A DNA stretch of 64,000 nt from Octopus vulgaris (lineage: Eukaryota): assembly GCA_951406725.2 (NCBI GenBank), contig OX597814.1, forward strand, positions 210,428,001 through 210,492,000. Reading direction: 5' to 3'. Shown here one piece after another: positions 1 through 12,900 of the stretch (its first letter is position 1; each line of letters opens with the position of its first letter). Below the pieces are notes generated by a model. It searched no databases and was not told the origin of the DNA. It saw only the letters and a program-made list of their open reading frames with translations. The position numbers and the translations under genes were made by a program.

Positions 1-227
1 CGTCCCCTAGACAGTCTGTGGTTTTGTGTTTATGATTCTCGACCCCATGTCGAATTTATCGATTTTTTTCAGAACTGGGGGAACTTTTCAAAATTTTCGC
101 TGCGTTAGTTTTGAATTATGACATTGGGCTATGTGTGTGTCAAGTTTCATCAGAATCGGTTGAAAGCCGTGGTCAGGGTGAGGGTACAAGCAAACAGACA
201 CACAGAAGCACGCACAGACAAACTGCC

Positions 228-232
<5 letters not shown>
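1..232 (+). mobile_element. 3' end of a non-autonomous Helitron/Helentron-like (Lep1/DINE-like) element
   Basis: The motif CAAGTTTCATCAGAATCGGTTGAAAGCCGTG...ACAGACA...ACAGACAAACTGCCGTTTATATA resembles 3' ends of invertebrate non-autonomous rolling-circle elements. Truncated by the window edge. Confidence 0.5.

Positions 233-276
<44 letters not shown>
231..276. repeat. (TA)n microsatellite (representative of dozens in the window)
   Basis: Direct. Confidence 0.95.
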
Positions 277-279
<3 letters not shown>

Positions 280-505
280 AGAGTTTACGAAAAAAAAAAA
301 GACGAAGACAGGTGATATACAAAACCAACAGATGTATTAGTATAATGCTCAGGAATAGAAAAAATATTTTACGTTTCGAGCCTACGCTCTTCTACAGACA
401 GAAAGGGACATAGAAAAAACAAGTAGAGAAACGAGGAGAGAAAAAAAGGAGAGAAAAAAGGAGAGAAAAAATGTGTGTAGTAGCTAACGATCTATCATGG
501 TGAGA
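280..505 (-). mobile_element. Penelope-like terminal fragment with a variant HHR motif (370-397)
   Basis: Minus strand CTGTAGA-A-GAGC(GTAG)GCTC-GAAA-CG-TA; insert flanked by (TA)n on both sides. Confidence 0.5.
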
Positions 506-509
506 TATA

Positions 510-552
<43 letters not shown>

Positions 553-1250
553 ATACATGTATATCTGTGTATGTGTGTAGGTACATGCTTGCAAAAGTAT
601 CTGTGTTTTTCAGTCGCTAAAGTGTACCATACGGTATAACTATAATTCTTCCCTTGCTCTCTTCATGTGATAATGTTAATTAGTATTACTGTCATAATCA
701 TCATCTGTATTTTATTTCCCTTCTTAGTTTTCTAATTTGAAATAGGCTAATTTGGAGGGGCGCATAGATGAACGTTCTTATCAGAAACCCATCAACATAT
801 TCAGCACAGAGAAACAGCGAGAATAATGCTATATGTTCACCACAACATGGTTGAATGTATATGATGTTTCGAATGTATTTCTGTCTCAACTAATCAGCTT
901 TTACTGTTTCTGCTCCACAGAGTTGTGATGGTGACGATAATGACCATAACTATGAAAGCGATGATGATTATGATGGTGTTAGGATTTTCTCATTTTGGTG
1001 CTGGTGTTAGCATTGTTTGCGGCGGTGATGGGAAAGGCGATTATAGATGTTGGATTTAATAATACTGACGTCGGAGAGAACTTACATAATCTTGCTTCAT
1101 TTACATTTATATTGTAAAGCGAATTATGAATACAAAAAAGCTGCCAAAACATATATACGCATAATTGTAATAATATAGGCCAGGAATACTTACTACAAGA
1201 TGTCTGTGATAAATATTCTATCAATATTATATGTATGAATGTATGTTTAC

Positions 1251-1296
<46 letters not shown>

Positions 1297-1599
1297 CTAT
1301 AGACATATATGTAACAATATACCTATACATGTATACATATATATGTCTAAATTTATATATATTTATATTAATATATATGTATACGTATGTATGTCTCATT
1401 TCTCTCACAAAGAAAATCCTGGGCATTGCTTTAAAGTGTTTAATGAAACTAATCATACTAATATTTTAGGTGTGATACTCTCCTGGGGCTTACGGGCATC
1501 TGAAAGCATATCAAACTACCACCGGTCGTTAAGCTTTTACCATAGGGAACGCAACGAAACACAAATACACATATATATGCATACATATACCTTGGAATT

Positions 1600-1750
1600 T
1601 CACTCCGTGCTTTTCCAACAGTTTCACTTATATTGGTAGGTCTTAGGTCATAGTACATAGTATAAGACACTTGGCCAAGGTGACGCACGGTAGATCTGAA
1701 TCTTAAACCTTGTTGCTTCAAATCGATTTCTTAAAAACACAGTCCAGCCT
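1600..1750 (-). mobile_element. degenerate tRNA-derived SINE, 5' half
   Basis: AAGACACTTGGCCAAGGTGACGC matches the copies at 19190 and 55245. Confidence 0.55.
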
Positions 1751-4024
1751 ACTGGAAGTGTGATTGTTGTGTTATATTTCCAACAAGGAAAAGCTTTTAA
1801 AAATGTGTGGAAAGTTGGGAAAACGATGCAATAATAAATGAAACAAAACGTTTAAGATTTTTGCGGTACATGTACTCGGTGTAAGGTGGTGAAGAAATTT
1901 GAGTAAAATAACACATAGAAAAGTCGGAAGATTGTAGTATCGGTACTTACGCTGGAAATACAAAAAATATAGCATCAATGTGTCTTGTTCTAAAAGTGTG
2001 AATGTCATAGTGAATAAGGAAGTATATGGTTTGAATCTTAGAAACAGTGAGCTCTAGCAATCCTTTACATCAGATGAAGTCAATGTAATGAAAACCTATT
2101 TACAGGAAATTTTGGGAGAAATATATTAAAGTTAAAGAATATGGAGATTTATTTGTGCAAAAGATAAATACATCATTTATAGGTTTTCAATAGTTTAATT
2201 GATACTACAACGTTGAAAATCTAAAAAGCAGACTGATTTTAGCCTCAAGGTTATATAATTTAATATGGGCTCTTATTGGTTTCATTTGAAACAAGGAAAT
2301 GATTAAATTAAAATTATCAATGTTTTGTATTGAGAATGAACAGAAATTTGAAGTTCTCAATATCAATATTTCAAAACTGAATCGAGGTAGTAAGTTATTT
2401 CATGACAATCGTTAAGTTAAACAGCAACTGAGAATTTAAGGGGAGACAAATACGTAGAGGTATTAAAATAATACAAGTAACGAAAAGTTGTAGATATACT
2501 AATTTTCAACCGAACAGTCATCTAGGTACAATTTTCAATCTAACAATCAAGGTTCTTTTTAGACCTAATTTTTTATCAAGAAAGCAGATCTCGGTATTAA
2601 AGAATAACAGGAGGAAATATTTAAAATGGTATATATGCAAAACACAAGTGTTAGCAATGGAAACACTGTGCTATATCCGGGATAACGATAGTTGTGTGAT
2701 TACAGATGTGTTCATCTTAAGGTATTTTATGTGGATATATTTGAATATATTAGAGTACATCATTTTAGATCCACTTAAGGATATGTGAATTGTGAACTAA
2801 TGACATAATATATTGATATACAATATTATATTCTATCATATGATATAATAGAATTTCATATATATACAATACAATTCCATGATATCACACCATATATATA
2901 TATATATATATATGTATATCATGTGCTTCTGTGTGCATGTGTGTGAATGTATGGGAGGTTATGTGACGTGATATAGTGTTAAGAATAAGAATTCTCTCAA
3001 GTATTCTCGTAGTATAGAAATTCTCACTTATGCTATTTCACTCCTCACTCTCATTGCTGAGTAGACAATTTCTACAGGGAAATCATGTCCGATGTCATTT
3101 ATTAATTAATTATCAAGTCAGGTCACGTTTCAATTGAATTCTGTGGCTGCAGTGTAATGTTCATCATATAAGTAACTACTCAGTAAAATTGACTTTTAAA
3201 GCAGTCTTCAATTTGTTTCGAAACCACCAATTATGATGATACAAGAAACATACGTTTATGATATTTTAAATGACTAGATATATTCATTCTGCATATGTAC
3301 TTCTAGGAAAAGAACTCTTATATGGCAGTTCGTTTGAATTACCCCAATAGAAAGCTAATCATATCTAGTTATTTCTAATGCTTCTTCATGAATGTTTTTT
3401 TCTATTACTATAGACTACACTGTTTTCTTACGGTGTCATCAATTATACTTACATGCATTTTCCGCCATGTCATTCTGTGCATAGCCGCACCCATATCACA
3501 CACACATTTACATAATACACGTAGAACATATTAAGCGGGATACTTTGCATCATCATTACACATCATGCTATGATATACATGAAAATCAAGTTTTATTTGA
3601 GTAGCTATAGTATTAAAATTGCTCAAAAAGAATGAGAGATATCATATTAAGGCATTATAAAATAAGTATAGTAAAGATTAGTTACTGAAAGCATGCATAG
3701 CTGAGATTTTCCAATTATTAAGACATATGACACACGATTCGAAACCCCAAAAAAGATTGTTGTTGCCAAAGAATATTCGTCATGTATATATATTTAATAT
3801 GCTATGAAGTTTTGTGTGTAGCTGTGGCTGCCAAACGCAATTTTTCATAGATTCCCTTAAACAGCAGATGATAATGGTAGTGCGAATAAAACCAAATTTC
3901 TGTCTGCAACTTAAGATAACAATTTAATTGTTCACAATGTAATGTCAGTAGATCTCTACCCAAAAGTACAATGGACCTGGAATATCTAGAGAACTTAACA
4001 TTTACAAATGAGGTGGAGGTGATG

Positions 4025-4074
<50 letters not shown>

Positions 4075-4090
4075 ATATATATATATATAT

Positions 4091-4135
4091 ATACAATTCT
4101 CTCTCCTTTATTTTTCTTTCTCTTTCTCTAAATAT

Positions 4136-4181
<46 letters not shown>

Positions 4182-4232
4182 ATATATATATATACATACA
4201 ATTCTCTCTCCTTTATTTTTTTTCTCTTTCTC

Positions 4233-4240
<8 letters not shown>
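4091..4240. repeat. local duplication of a ~45-bp pyrimidine-rich unit within (TA)n
   Basis: TACAATTCTCTCTCCTTTATTTTT..CTCTTTCTCTAAATATATA occurs at ~4092 and ~4197. Confidence 0.85.
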
Positions 4241-4270
<30 letters not shown>

Positions 4271-4290
4271 CATACACACATACATATGTA

Positions 4291-5181
4291 TACAAGTTCT
4301 GATCAATAAGTATCTGGACTATTTCCATAGTAATGAAGCTAAAGCACGTGCAGTAGAGCAGCTTCCCATAAATTGACCTTGACCTCTGTTGTGAACGCGC
4401 ATAAACATTTTAACGTTCTAGTTCACTACTGCTATTTACAGCAATGCATAGAAAGAAAATGTGTAGCGTGTGATCATCGCATTGACCATGACAGAGAAAG
4501 TTGTCATGGTGATACGTGTTCAGAGGATTACGTAATACTGTAGAAAGTGTATGGAGAGAGGTGTATGAGCCTCACACGAGTGTACGAGTTGTTCAGACGT
4601 CTCAAAGACGACCGAAAAATGTCGATAGTGACGAAAGGTCTGGGAGACCTGTAACCAGCAGAACTGAGAAAACTATCACATCACAGATGTTCGTGCAAGC
4701 TGTGAGGGGAAATCGACGAAATACTCCCCGCAAGTTATCGGAGGAGGTGTGGATTAATTATGGCTTAGTTCAGTACATTATCATTGAAGATTCGGACATG
4801 GAACACATATCTGCCAAGTTTGTGCCAAAACTGCTTTCAGCTGATCAAAAAAAGAGAGTCGGGTTTCAGTTGCACAAGATATCCTTGACTGTGACGAGAA
4901 CGATAAAACTTTGCGATGGCCCATGAGCAAGTATCGACAAACTTTTCGCAAACTTTCACGCAGATTCTCTGCTCAACTTTGTCATAGTAAATGCGACGAC
5001 CACACGTTACAAACCTTCCTTCTAAGCACTGCTGTAAACAGTGGAAGTGAGCTAGAACGTTAAAACTTAGTGCGCATGCACAGCAGAGTTCAAGGTCAAT
5101 CTGTGCGAAGGAACTTCACTTTGCGTGATTTAGCGTCGTTATTATAGCAACAGTCCGGATACTTATTGATCATACCACGTA
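4291..5181 (+). mobile_element. internally deleted mariner element with long TIRs
   Basis: Ends TACAAGTTCTGATCAATAAGTATCTGGACT / AGTCCGGATACTTATTGATCATACCACGTA with TA at both ends. ORF 4516-4926 encodes the transposase HTH/linker (DERSGRPVTSRT...SAKFVPKLLSADQK, WVPHEL-like motif). Confidence 0.9.
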
Positions 5182-5199
5182 TATGTGTGAGCGTGTGTA

Positions 5200-6093
5200 T
5201 ATTAGGTCATCGCATAAATAATGCAGTTTTTCATTTGAATGAAATAAAATTTAGAGAAGCATGAGATAGACTACCTGCATCAACCTGCTGTAAAAGCAGG
5301 TAGTAATTGTGCCTTCTCCTTATCCTTAGTTCAGGTTTAAAGGAGTGCAGTTCGATCTTAACAATAATTATTTCAAAACTACAATGGTGACGACAAAGGA
5401 GCATATTCGGCATATTTTTGCTTTATGAGTTCAATAAAGGCAACAACGCAACGGAAAGTGCGAAGAATATATGGGGGTCGTACAATAAACTTAAGCAAGT
5501 GTGAGCTGTGGTTCCAGAAACTTCGAGCTGGTAACTACAGCCTAGAAGACCAGCCTCATCCTGGACGATCTGTAGAGCTCGAGAAGGATGTCCTGCAGCC
5601 CTGGCGGAAGAAAACTCCGTCGTAACTGTTGAGGGACTAGCAGAGAAGCTTGGATTTAGTAATTGAAACTGTCATTCAAGTCAGTGCTAGAAGGAAAACG
5701 CCCATGTTTGGATTCAAGACGGAAGGTGTTCTTCAATCAGGATGATGCTCAGCCACATACAGCGAGATTTACATTCCAAAGGCTTAAGCAGTTTGAATGG
5801 AAAACAATGCCCCACCCACCATATTCGCCTGACATTGCCCCAGCTGATTATTATTTATACTACAGTCTTCAAAATCACTTAGAAGAAATATGAATTCTGT
5901 AGAAGAGTACTAGAGTAGTATTTTTCGTCACGGACAAGTGAAATGTGGAAGAGGGGCCTTACAATTCTACCAAATAGATGGAAAAACATTTTAGTAACTG
6001 AAAGTGACTATATTTTAGATTAATGAAAGATTGTTTTTCTTAATTTTCAAATATAAAAGAGGTATAAAAAACCGTATTTATCGGATGACCCAA
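5200..6093 (+). mobile_element. defective mariner (Hsmar1/cecropia-like)
   Basis: TIRs TTAGGTCATCGCATAAATAATGCAGTTTTT / AAAAACCGTATTTATCGGATGACCCAA. HTH WFQKLRAGNYSLEDQPHPGRS and catalytic QDDAQPH...HPPYSPDIAPADY. Frameshifted and deleted. Confidence 0.9.
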
Positions 6094-6136
6094 AACACAC
6101 ATACACACAGACACAGACACAGACACACACATGCAC

Positions 6137-6178
<42 letters not shown>

Positions 6179-7171
6179 GCACGCACGCACACAGATATAT
6201 ATATATACATACATATATATACACGCATACACACACACACAATTATTCATAAATGAACCCACGTTCACACACATATAAGGTTTTGCATCGGTTTATGCGT
6301 ATCACATTGTTTTTGCTTTCCAGAGTATTATATGCATTATGCAGATCTCGACCGGCTTTCCACTCACGACAACTTGACAGCTTCTAATTTTATTCCACTA
6401 TCAGATTTCAGATCAACGGAAGAAACTGTAATGTTCTCGCCAAGAAGTAGACATTTGGAAAATCTATCCAAACATGCTGCTTAAATTATGAATAAATTAC
6501 ATAAAATTAAATTGCCGAACATTGAATTTTGCACGCAATTTTCGTGAATATATAGATTTGTTTCGTACTACATTAAGTCTCATGTGACATCTATTCTACT
6601 TCTATATTACTACTTGTTTTTGTCCATCCATCAAATACGCTATTCGTGTTCGTATTTAGCTTTTGTATATCTAATTATACGCAATCACCCTTCATACACA
6701 AATACACAGACTCATCCTCTCCCAAACGCATACACATACGCACGCACACTCATGCCCAAAGATATAAGTAAATAAGGATATATACAAATATATATGAATA
6801 TTTAAATATATATCTGTATACACACACGCACGCATTCACTCACACGCACATATATATATATATATATATATATGAGAGGAAGGAACGAGACTATATGTGT
6901 ATGTGTGTGTTTGTACGTGAGCGTGGTTGTAATAATTTTAGCATGCCATTTGCTTTAATAAGCGCATTGCCAATTTTCATGTACTTACTCCTTTACCGAT
7001 AGAAGGAATCTTTGACTTCGTTGTTGTTTGAACACAGACCGTAAACTGGTAAATAATTATTAAAAGGTATTTTGTCAGACATTCTATCAATGCTCGCAGG
7101 TCTCTGCCCTTTGATTCATAACGCTATTTTTGTACAAGTGTATATGGATGCATGGATTATTGCGCAATTTA

Positions 7172-7214
<43 letters not shown>

Positions 7215-7217
<3 letters not shown>

Positions 7218-7579
7218 GAAAATAGTAATGCAATACGAGAGTATTGCTTTCCAGTAAAGGATAGCCCGTCAGTCGAGTGTACTGGCATAGATGTGGCAAC
7301 ATTTGAAATATTGTCGAGGTATATGTGGCTGATGAGGATAAATCAAATATATGTTGCGGACGTATTTTGAAGAATGTGAAACCGGTACCACATTATCCAT
7401 TTCTAGGTATTTCATTTTTCGGATGTTCTTCCTAGAGGTAAGACAATTTTTTTCATGTTTGTTGCACACACGCACCTTTACTTGTACATACGCAGTGAAG
7501 CTATACATTAGCGTCGTATTTATTACGTTCGCTATTTTCCAGTAAATATCGGTACTTCGTTGTGCCATTTATTTACTTT

Positions 7580-7582
<3 letters not shown>
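7215..7582 (+). mobile_element. short Penelope-like/retrozyme-like insert between (TA)n tracts
   Basis: About 370 bp, no credible ORF, carries an HHR, (TA)n on both sides. Confidence 0.55.
7323..7393 (+). ncRNA. minimal type-I hammerhead ribozyme
   Basis: ATGTGG-CTGATGA-[imperfect extended stem II]-GAAA-CCGG-TA-CCACAT: perfect 6-bp stem I, intact core, palindromic ACCGGT stem III, GUA cleavage triplet. Confidence 0.75.
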
Positions 7583-7633
<51 letters not shown>

Positions 7634-8776
7634 TGAATGCATTTAATCTAGTTTTTTTCTTAATTGTATTAAGTCTTATAGCCATACCGATGCCATATAG
7701 CTGACTGTAGTTAGATTTCGGCTCAGTATATATTTGACCTGCAAAAATATCGTAAAGAATTTACTTTCCCTCTTTCCCCTCTCCTCCCCTAGCCGCAACA
7801 TTTTAGATAGAGAGAAATGCAGTTTCAGTGTAATTAATTGATATATCCTGGTATCGTAGATATAAAATGAATCAATATTAAGTTTCTTAAACTTTGATAT
7901 CCGTTTATGTATATCACATAGTTCCTGTTTTTCAGTTATGCAGGTTGTGATAAGCCAATGAGATAAGCCAATGTGTTGTGATAAGCGTAGGTGTTTTCTT
8001 TTATGTAGAAGTAGAATGCTTATGCGTTGATATCAAACAGGACGAGTGCATGGTTATGCATCAAAGTCTCACTGCATGTTTTGCTCTGTAATTTTGTAGA
8101 TATTTAGCCTAACATCAAATGCATTGTATCAGCAACATAGCTTCCTTTTTAAGAATTGCAGAAAAAATCTGCCTAATATTTTGGAATATGTGGATTTCTA
8201 AATGGTTAGTGTAAGATTTAAACAAACAAGGCTTCACTTTAGAGGATTTCTGGGATCGTGATAACGATAATGATCCGAATTCAACGCAAGAGTAGGGCCA
8301 CTACCTCAGACCGGCCTCTCATGCATTATGACACATCACTCAAAAAAGGAAAAAAGACTACAAAAAAGGCGATATGAGTGTTTCGTAGTGCTATGCATTG
8401 GAGTATAACTCAGATGGAAGTACAATATATTAATAACACAGCAATCTGTACAGTTAATATATTGCGTACATGACCGTGGTGTCATATGTGGCTATTGTCA
8501 TACGAGCGCTCATATCGTGAAGTTTTATCATATACAAAAGTAATACTGGTATGAAGGAAGGGAGAATGATAAATAATTCTCTAGTGTATAGTTACACTTT
8601 GAAGTAGCACAATATGTTATATATTTATTTTTTTTTTGCATGCACGTCAAAATTTAAACATAAAAAATTTGTAACATATGTGAACTGAGATATCAAAAGA
8701 TTAGATGGAAACCTCGGTTGCTAACTTGACTCGAAAATGTTTCACTCTTGTTATAAACAACCTAGTAGGCCAGAAA

Positions 8777-8838
8777 CAAATAGCAACCGGTTTCACAGAA
8801 TATCTTTTTATGTATTCTACGAAACCGGTCGCTACTTG
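8777..8838 (-). other. 62-nt hairpin (26-bp stem, 10-nt loop)
   Basis: Arms 8777-8802 and 8813-8838; all four mismatches become G-U pairs on the minus strand. Confidence 0.7.
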
Positions 8839-10173
8839 CTGAATGAAGTAAAATGATTATTTACAGGAAATCACAACTGCAGAGAATTTGCATCCATTGA
8901 AAGGTAAATTCTATTTCTGCATCACTCTGAACTGATTCTTATAGAATATTGACTAGTAATTCAATAATTTATGAATTAGAGAAATGGTAACTATGCATGA
9001 ACATGCTAAGTAATTTCATAAGATCTTTACTCTGGGCATTATCTGACACACCATAATTTTCTATGACCTCTAAGGCCCCAGAGTTTTGCTAAACAATAAA
9101 TCAATAGTAATTTACTGCTGTCCTTGGACAAAACTCTGTACAAAATACAATGAGTGAGACAATATCATGTTGCTGCATTTGGAAGTAATATTTCTTAACA
9201 TCAGTTTACTAAATCGCTAGCTGTACAATGCATGAGGGATAACAGTTGATTAATTATAAAGTATTCTATTGAAACAAATATATAATTCTGTATGGTTAAA
9301 CATGATCTAATGATATTTTAAAAATACATGTCGGCAATAATGTATATATTTTTTATTATACACATGTCGTAACAAGTGGAAGTTTATAAATTCAAGCGGG
9401 GCATCAGCATGAACCAAAATGACTTGACAGATTCAACAGTGAATCTCTCGCAAAATAAAACTTTCTACCAAAAACCTATGAAGGGACATATGATTATATA
9501 CGGCTAGGTATGCTATGTCTGAAAGTAGACCAATATGAGCACGGTGGAGAAACCCTTATCAAGAGTCTACCTTGATTGTTATACATATATGCGAAATTTC
9601 TTTGGACATGAAATTTTACTACAGGCCTTAGGATACAAAAAAGGCGTCGTGTTACAGAAATTTGCCAAAACTAATATTGTCATTGTATTTAGCTTGGTCT
9701 TTTGTGTTATGTGAAAAGGTGTCAACGGGTCAATAAAAATATTGCCAATATATATATAAATAAATTTCACTCAAATAATTTTCTCCTAGGGGAATATGTC
9801 TAGGTATTTGATCTTCTTTTCATATTTGAAGTACATCTGCTTTACCTCACCTCTGTATTCATTATCAGCATTGCCGTCGTCGTCGCTGTCGTTGTTGTCG
9901 TTGTCAAGCTTGTCATCATCAGCGACGCCGTCGGTGACATTGGAGCTTCTCCCTCTCATGCTTTTCCTCCTTATGATCATTATTCATTTACAATTCAAAA
10001 CTATGCGTTTAATAATTATATACATTGTTAAACTATATATCAATATACATTTAAGAATAGGTTTATTATATATTATTTATTATATATGATGTTTCATAAT
10101 AACATCATATCATATAATAGAGTGCCGTCCATTATCTAAAGTAAGAAATGTAAGTTAGTGCCATATGTGTCTG

Positions 10174-10223
<50 letters not shown>

Positions 10224-10274
10224 CATGTCTCTCTCCCTCTATATATATATGTATACACACGCATATAGTGTTAT

Positions 10275-10495
10275 TCTTTTTTTCGTTTACTTGTTTCAGT
10301 TATTTGAGCGGGACCATGATGGAGCACCGCCTTTAGTTGAAAAAATCGTCTCTAGATCTTATTCTCTGTAAGCCTCGTACTTATTCTCTCGGTCACTTTT
10401 GCCGAATCGCTGTTACGAGGACGTAAACACACCAACATTGGTTGTCAAGCGACGGAGGGGATACAATCACAGACACACTCAAATATATACATATC
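10275..10495 (-). mobile_element. tRNA-derived SINE, 3' half
   Basis: TTACTTGTTTCAGTTATTTGAGCGGGACCATGATGGAGCACCGCC matches the family tail. Confidence 0.85.
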
Positions 10496-10499
10496 TATG

Positions 10500-10529
<30 letters not shown>

Positions 10530-10534
<5 letters not shown>

Positions 10535-11176
10535 GTCGAAAAAGTTGAGATATGTGCTATCACGAGGCCAGATGTTGGCCCTCACAAGAAATAGCACCTT
10601 CTCACGAAAGAAGGCCTGTGCTGCTTTGACCCATGGCATGGTGAAGCATCCTGGACCACATTGTCAAGCCCAAACTTCTGCTCCATCAAAAGCAACAGAG
10701 AGTCCTCCAAGATGTCCAGATACTCATGTGTGCCGATCTTCAAGAGAGATTCAATGAAGTGTGGGTCCATAACAGTTCCGTCACTCGCCACTGTTCCAAA
10801 TAACATCACAGAAGCAGGATTCCTAGTCTTAAACAAGGGAGTGGGCTGTCAGAAGGGCTGTATGCAATCTTTCAAGCATTTCTGTAATTCACCTCGGCGT
10901 TCACATTGAACATTTTATCGTCCACAAACATGGAACTTTACCTTGCACCTTGATTCTTGAGGAATGACAGAAGCTTTGGGCAACTCTCGGCTCTGATTTC
11001 TTTGGTCTTGGCTGTTAGGAGCTGACGGCGTCGTCGAAAATAGTTATGCCAAGGTTCCTGTTCACATCTCTGGACACCGTGGAAAGGGACACACTGCGCT
11101 TCTTTGCAAGAGTTGCCATGGATATGGATGGGTTAGCTTCGATCGTGCGTTTGAGGCCAGCGAGAAAGTTTGGAAA
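10530..11176 (-). mobile_element. Tc1/mariner-superfamily transposase relic, maT (DD37D)-like
   Basis: NPASVMLFGTVASDG..DPHF...QDASPCH...IWPRDSTYLNFFDY (WPSSSPDLNPLDY-like) plus HTH IEANPSISMATLAKKRSVSLSTVSR; frameshifted. Confidence 0.8.
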
Positions 11177-11423
11177 TATGTATGTATGTATGCATGTATG
11201 TATGTATGTATGTATGTATGTATGTATGTATGTATGCATGTATGTATGTATGTATGTATGCATGTATGTATGTATGTATGTATGTATGTATGTATGTATG
11301 TATGCATGTATGTATGTATGTATGTATGTATGTATGTATGTATGTATGTATGTATGTATGTATGTATGTATGTATGCATGTATGTATGTATGTATGTATG
11401 TATGTATGTATGTATGCATGTAT
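11177..11423. repeat. (ATGT)n tetranucleotide microsatellite with ATGC variants
   Basis: Direct. Confidence 0.95.
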
Positions 11424-11599
11424 GGAGGAACTCATTCGTAGTTAAAGGCCATCCAACGAATATGTATAGATATGTATATATATATATATTCTTACATGTA
11501 TATATATTTATATATATATATATATTTTACATTTATATATATTTAAATATTTTATTTATATTTTGAAATTACATATCTTATACATTTTTATGTATATAT

Positions 11600-11900
11600 G
11601 CATGAGCTGCACCACGTCGGGCACCAGAATGATACTTAATCATTATACGGGGTGTTTGGGTTTCGGCTTGGTGTCTGGCACGGGATAGCCTACCTCATGG
11701 GCAGGTAAAAGCTCTTTAACCTTGGTTGATAATCTACCTAGTAGAAGGAAATCTGCAAAATAAACCCTGAGGTTTTGTCAAATCTCATGTCACCCCGGCA
11801 AAAAGCCTCTTGGACCAATAGGTGTAGGGTAGTGCAGTGCAAGCTATACCCACTGAAAATTATTCATCTGCACAGGTACTCTTTGTACACCAAATCTTAG
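11600..11900 (+). mobile_element. possible RTE-type LINE 5'UTR relic
   Basis: GC-richer island; CCTAGTAGAAGGAAATCTGCAAAATAAACCC resembles an RTE 5'UTR motif. Confidence 0.3.
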
Positions 11901-12425
11901 TAAAATCATTGAATGTATGTACGTATGTAGTTACGTATATATGTATGTATATGTTCTTATATCGTTTGGAGTGGAGCATATTTTCTTCAAACTCTGAGTA
12001 TAGATTTTGTCATTGAGTACGATTTATCTACAGATCTTCTATTTATTTCTTGTCCTAGATATAGAAGCTATACCACCAGTAAATTAAGCGATTCTCTTAT
12101 ATTAGCCTGTTTAAATGCAATATGGAAGTGACACGTTCGATCGATAATACAACGTAATGTATTGCTTTTAACAGTAAGTTTATTTTTACTGCATTAATTT
12201 TAATCGTTTTCCTTGAAAGCCAAAGATAGTATCAATACAAACACAATTTTCAGAAAGAACTAAACACAGGAAATATAAGCATTAGAAAACTCTCAACGCA
12301 TATAAATTCAATAATACAAATATAAAACAGGAAATAATGAGAATAAATTACTAGAGAAAACAAGATAGTCGAAGAAATATAGCATATCTGACTAAATAAA
12401 TAACAATGACTATGTGTCTGCGTGC

Positions 12426-12458
<33 letters not shown>

Positions 12459-12494
12459 AGTGTGCGTGAATATGTGTGAATGTGTGTATATATC

Positions 12495-12714
12495 ATTCGT
12501 CTTTTGTTTTGTACATGTTTCAATGGTTAGACCGTAGCCATGCTGGGGCACAGCCTTCACTTCTCTTTTAGTCGAACGAATCGATTCCGGTAATTATTTT
12601 TTAAGTATGTACTTATTCAATCGGTCACTTTGACGAACGGCTTAGTTATGGAGACACCAACACAAAGAAACACATACATAGATATTTACACACACGGGCG
12701 TGCACATACATATG

Positions 12715-12745
<31 letters not shown>

Positions 12746-12900
12746 GACGGGCTTCTTTCAATTTCCGTCTACCGATTCCTCTGAAAAGGCTTTGGTCGGC
12801 CCGTGGCTATAATAGAAGACTTCAGGGCTCAGGTGCACTGAAGTGGGACTGAACCCGAAACCTTGTGATTGGGAAGCAATCTTCTTAGTACATAACCACA
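12495..12900 (-). mobile_element. degenerate full-length tRNA-derived SINE
   Basis: Colinear with 19190-19612 (GACGGGCTTCTTTCAATTTCCGTCTACC...GTGGGACTGAACCC). Confidence 0.85.

Noticed and set aside
1790-2700. Purine-rich, coding-like stretch
   Set aside because: Multiple stops in the frames read and no recognisable motif; probably an old TE but unassignable.
8090-8540. Possible piggyBac C-terminal relic (basic and Cys-containing remnants)
   Set aside because: Motifs too degraded; no TIR or TTAA ends identified.
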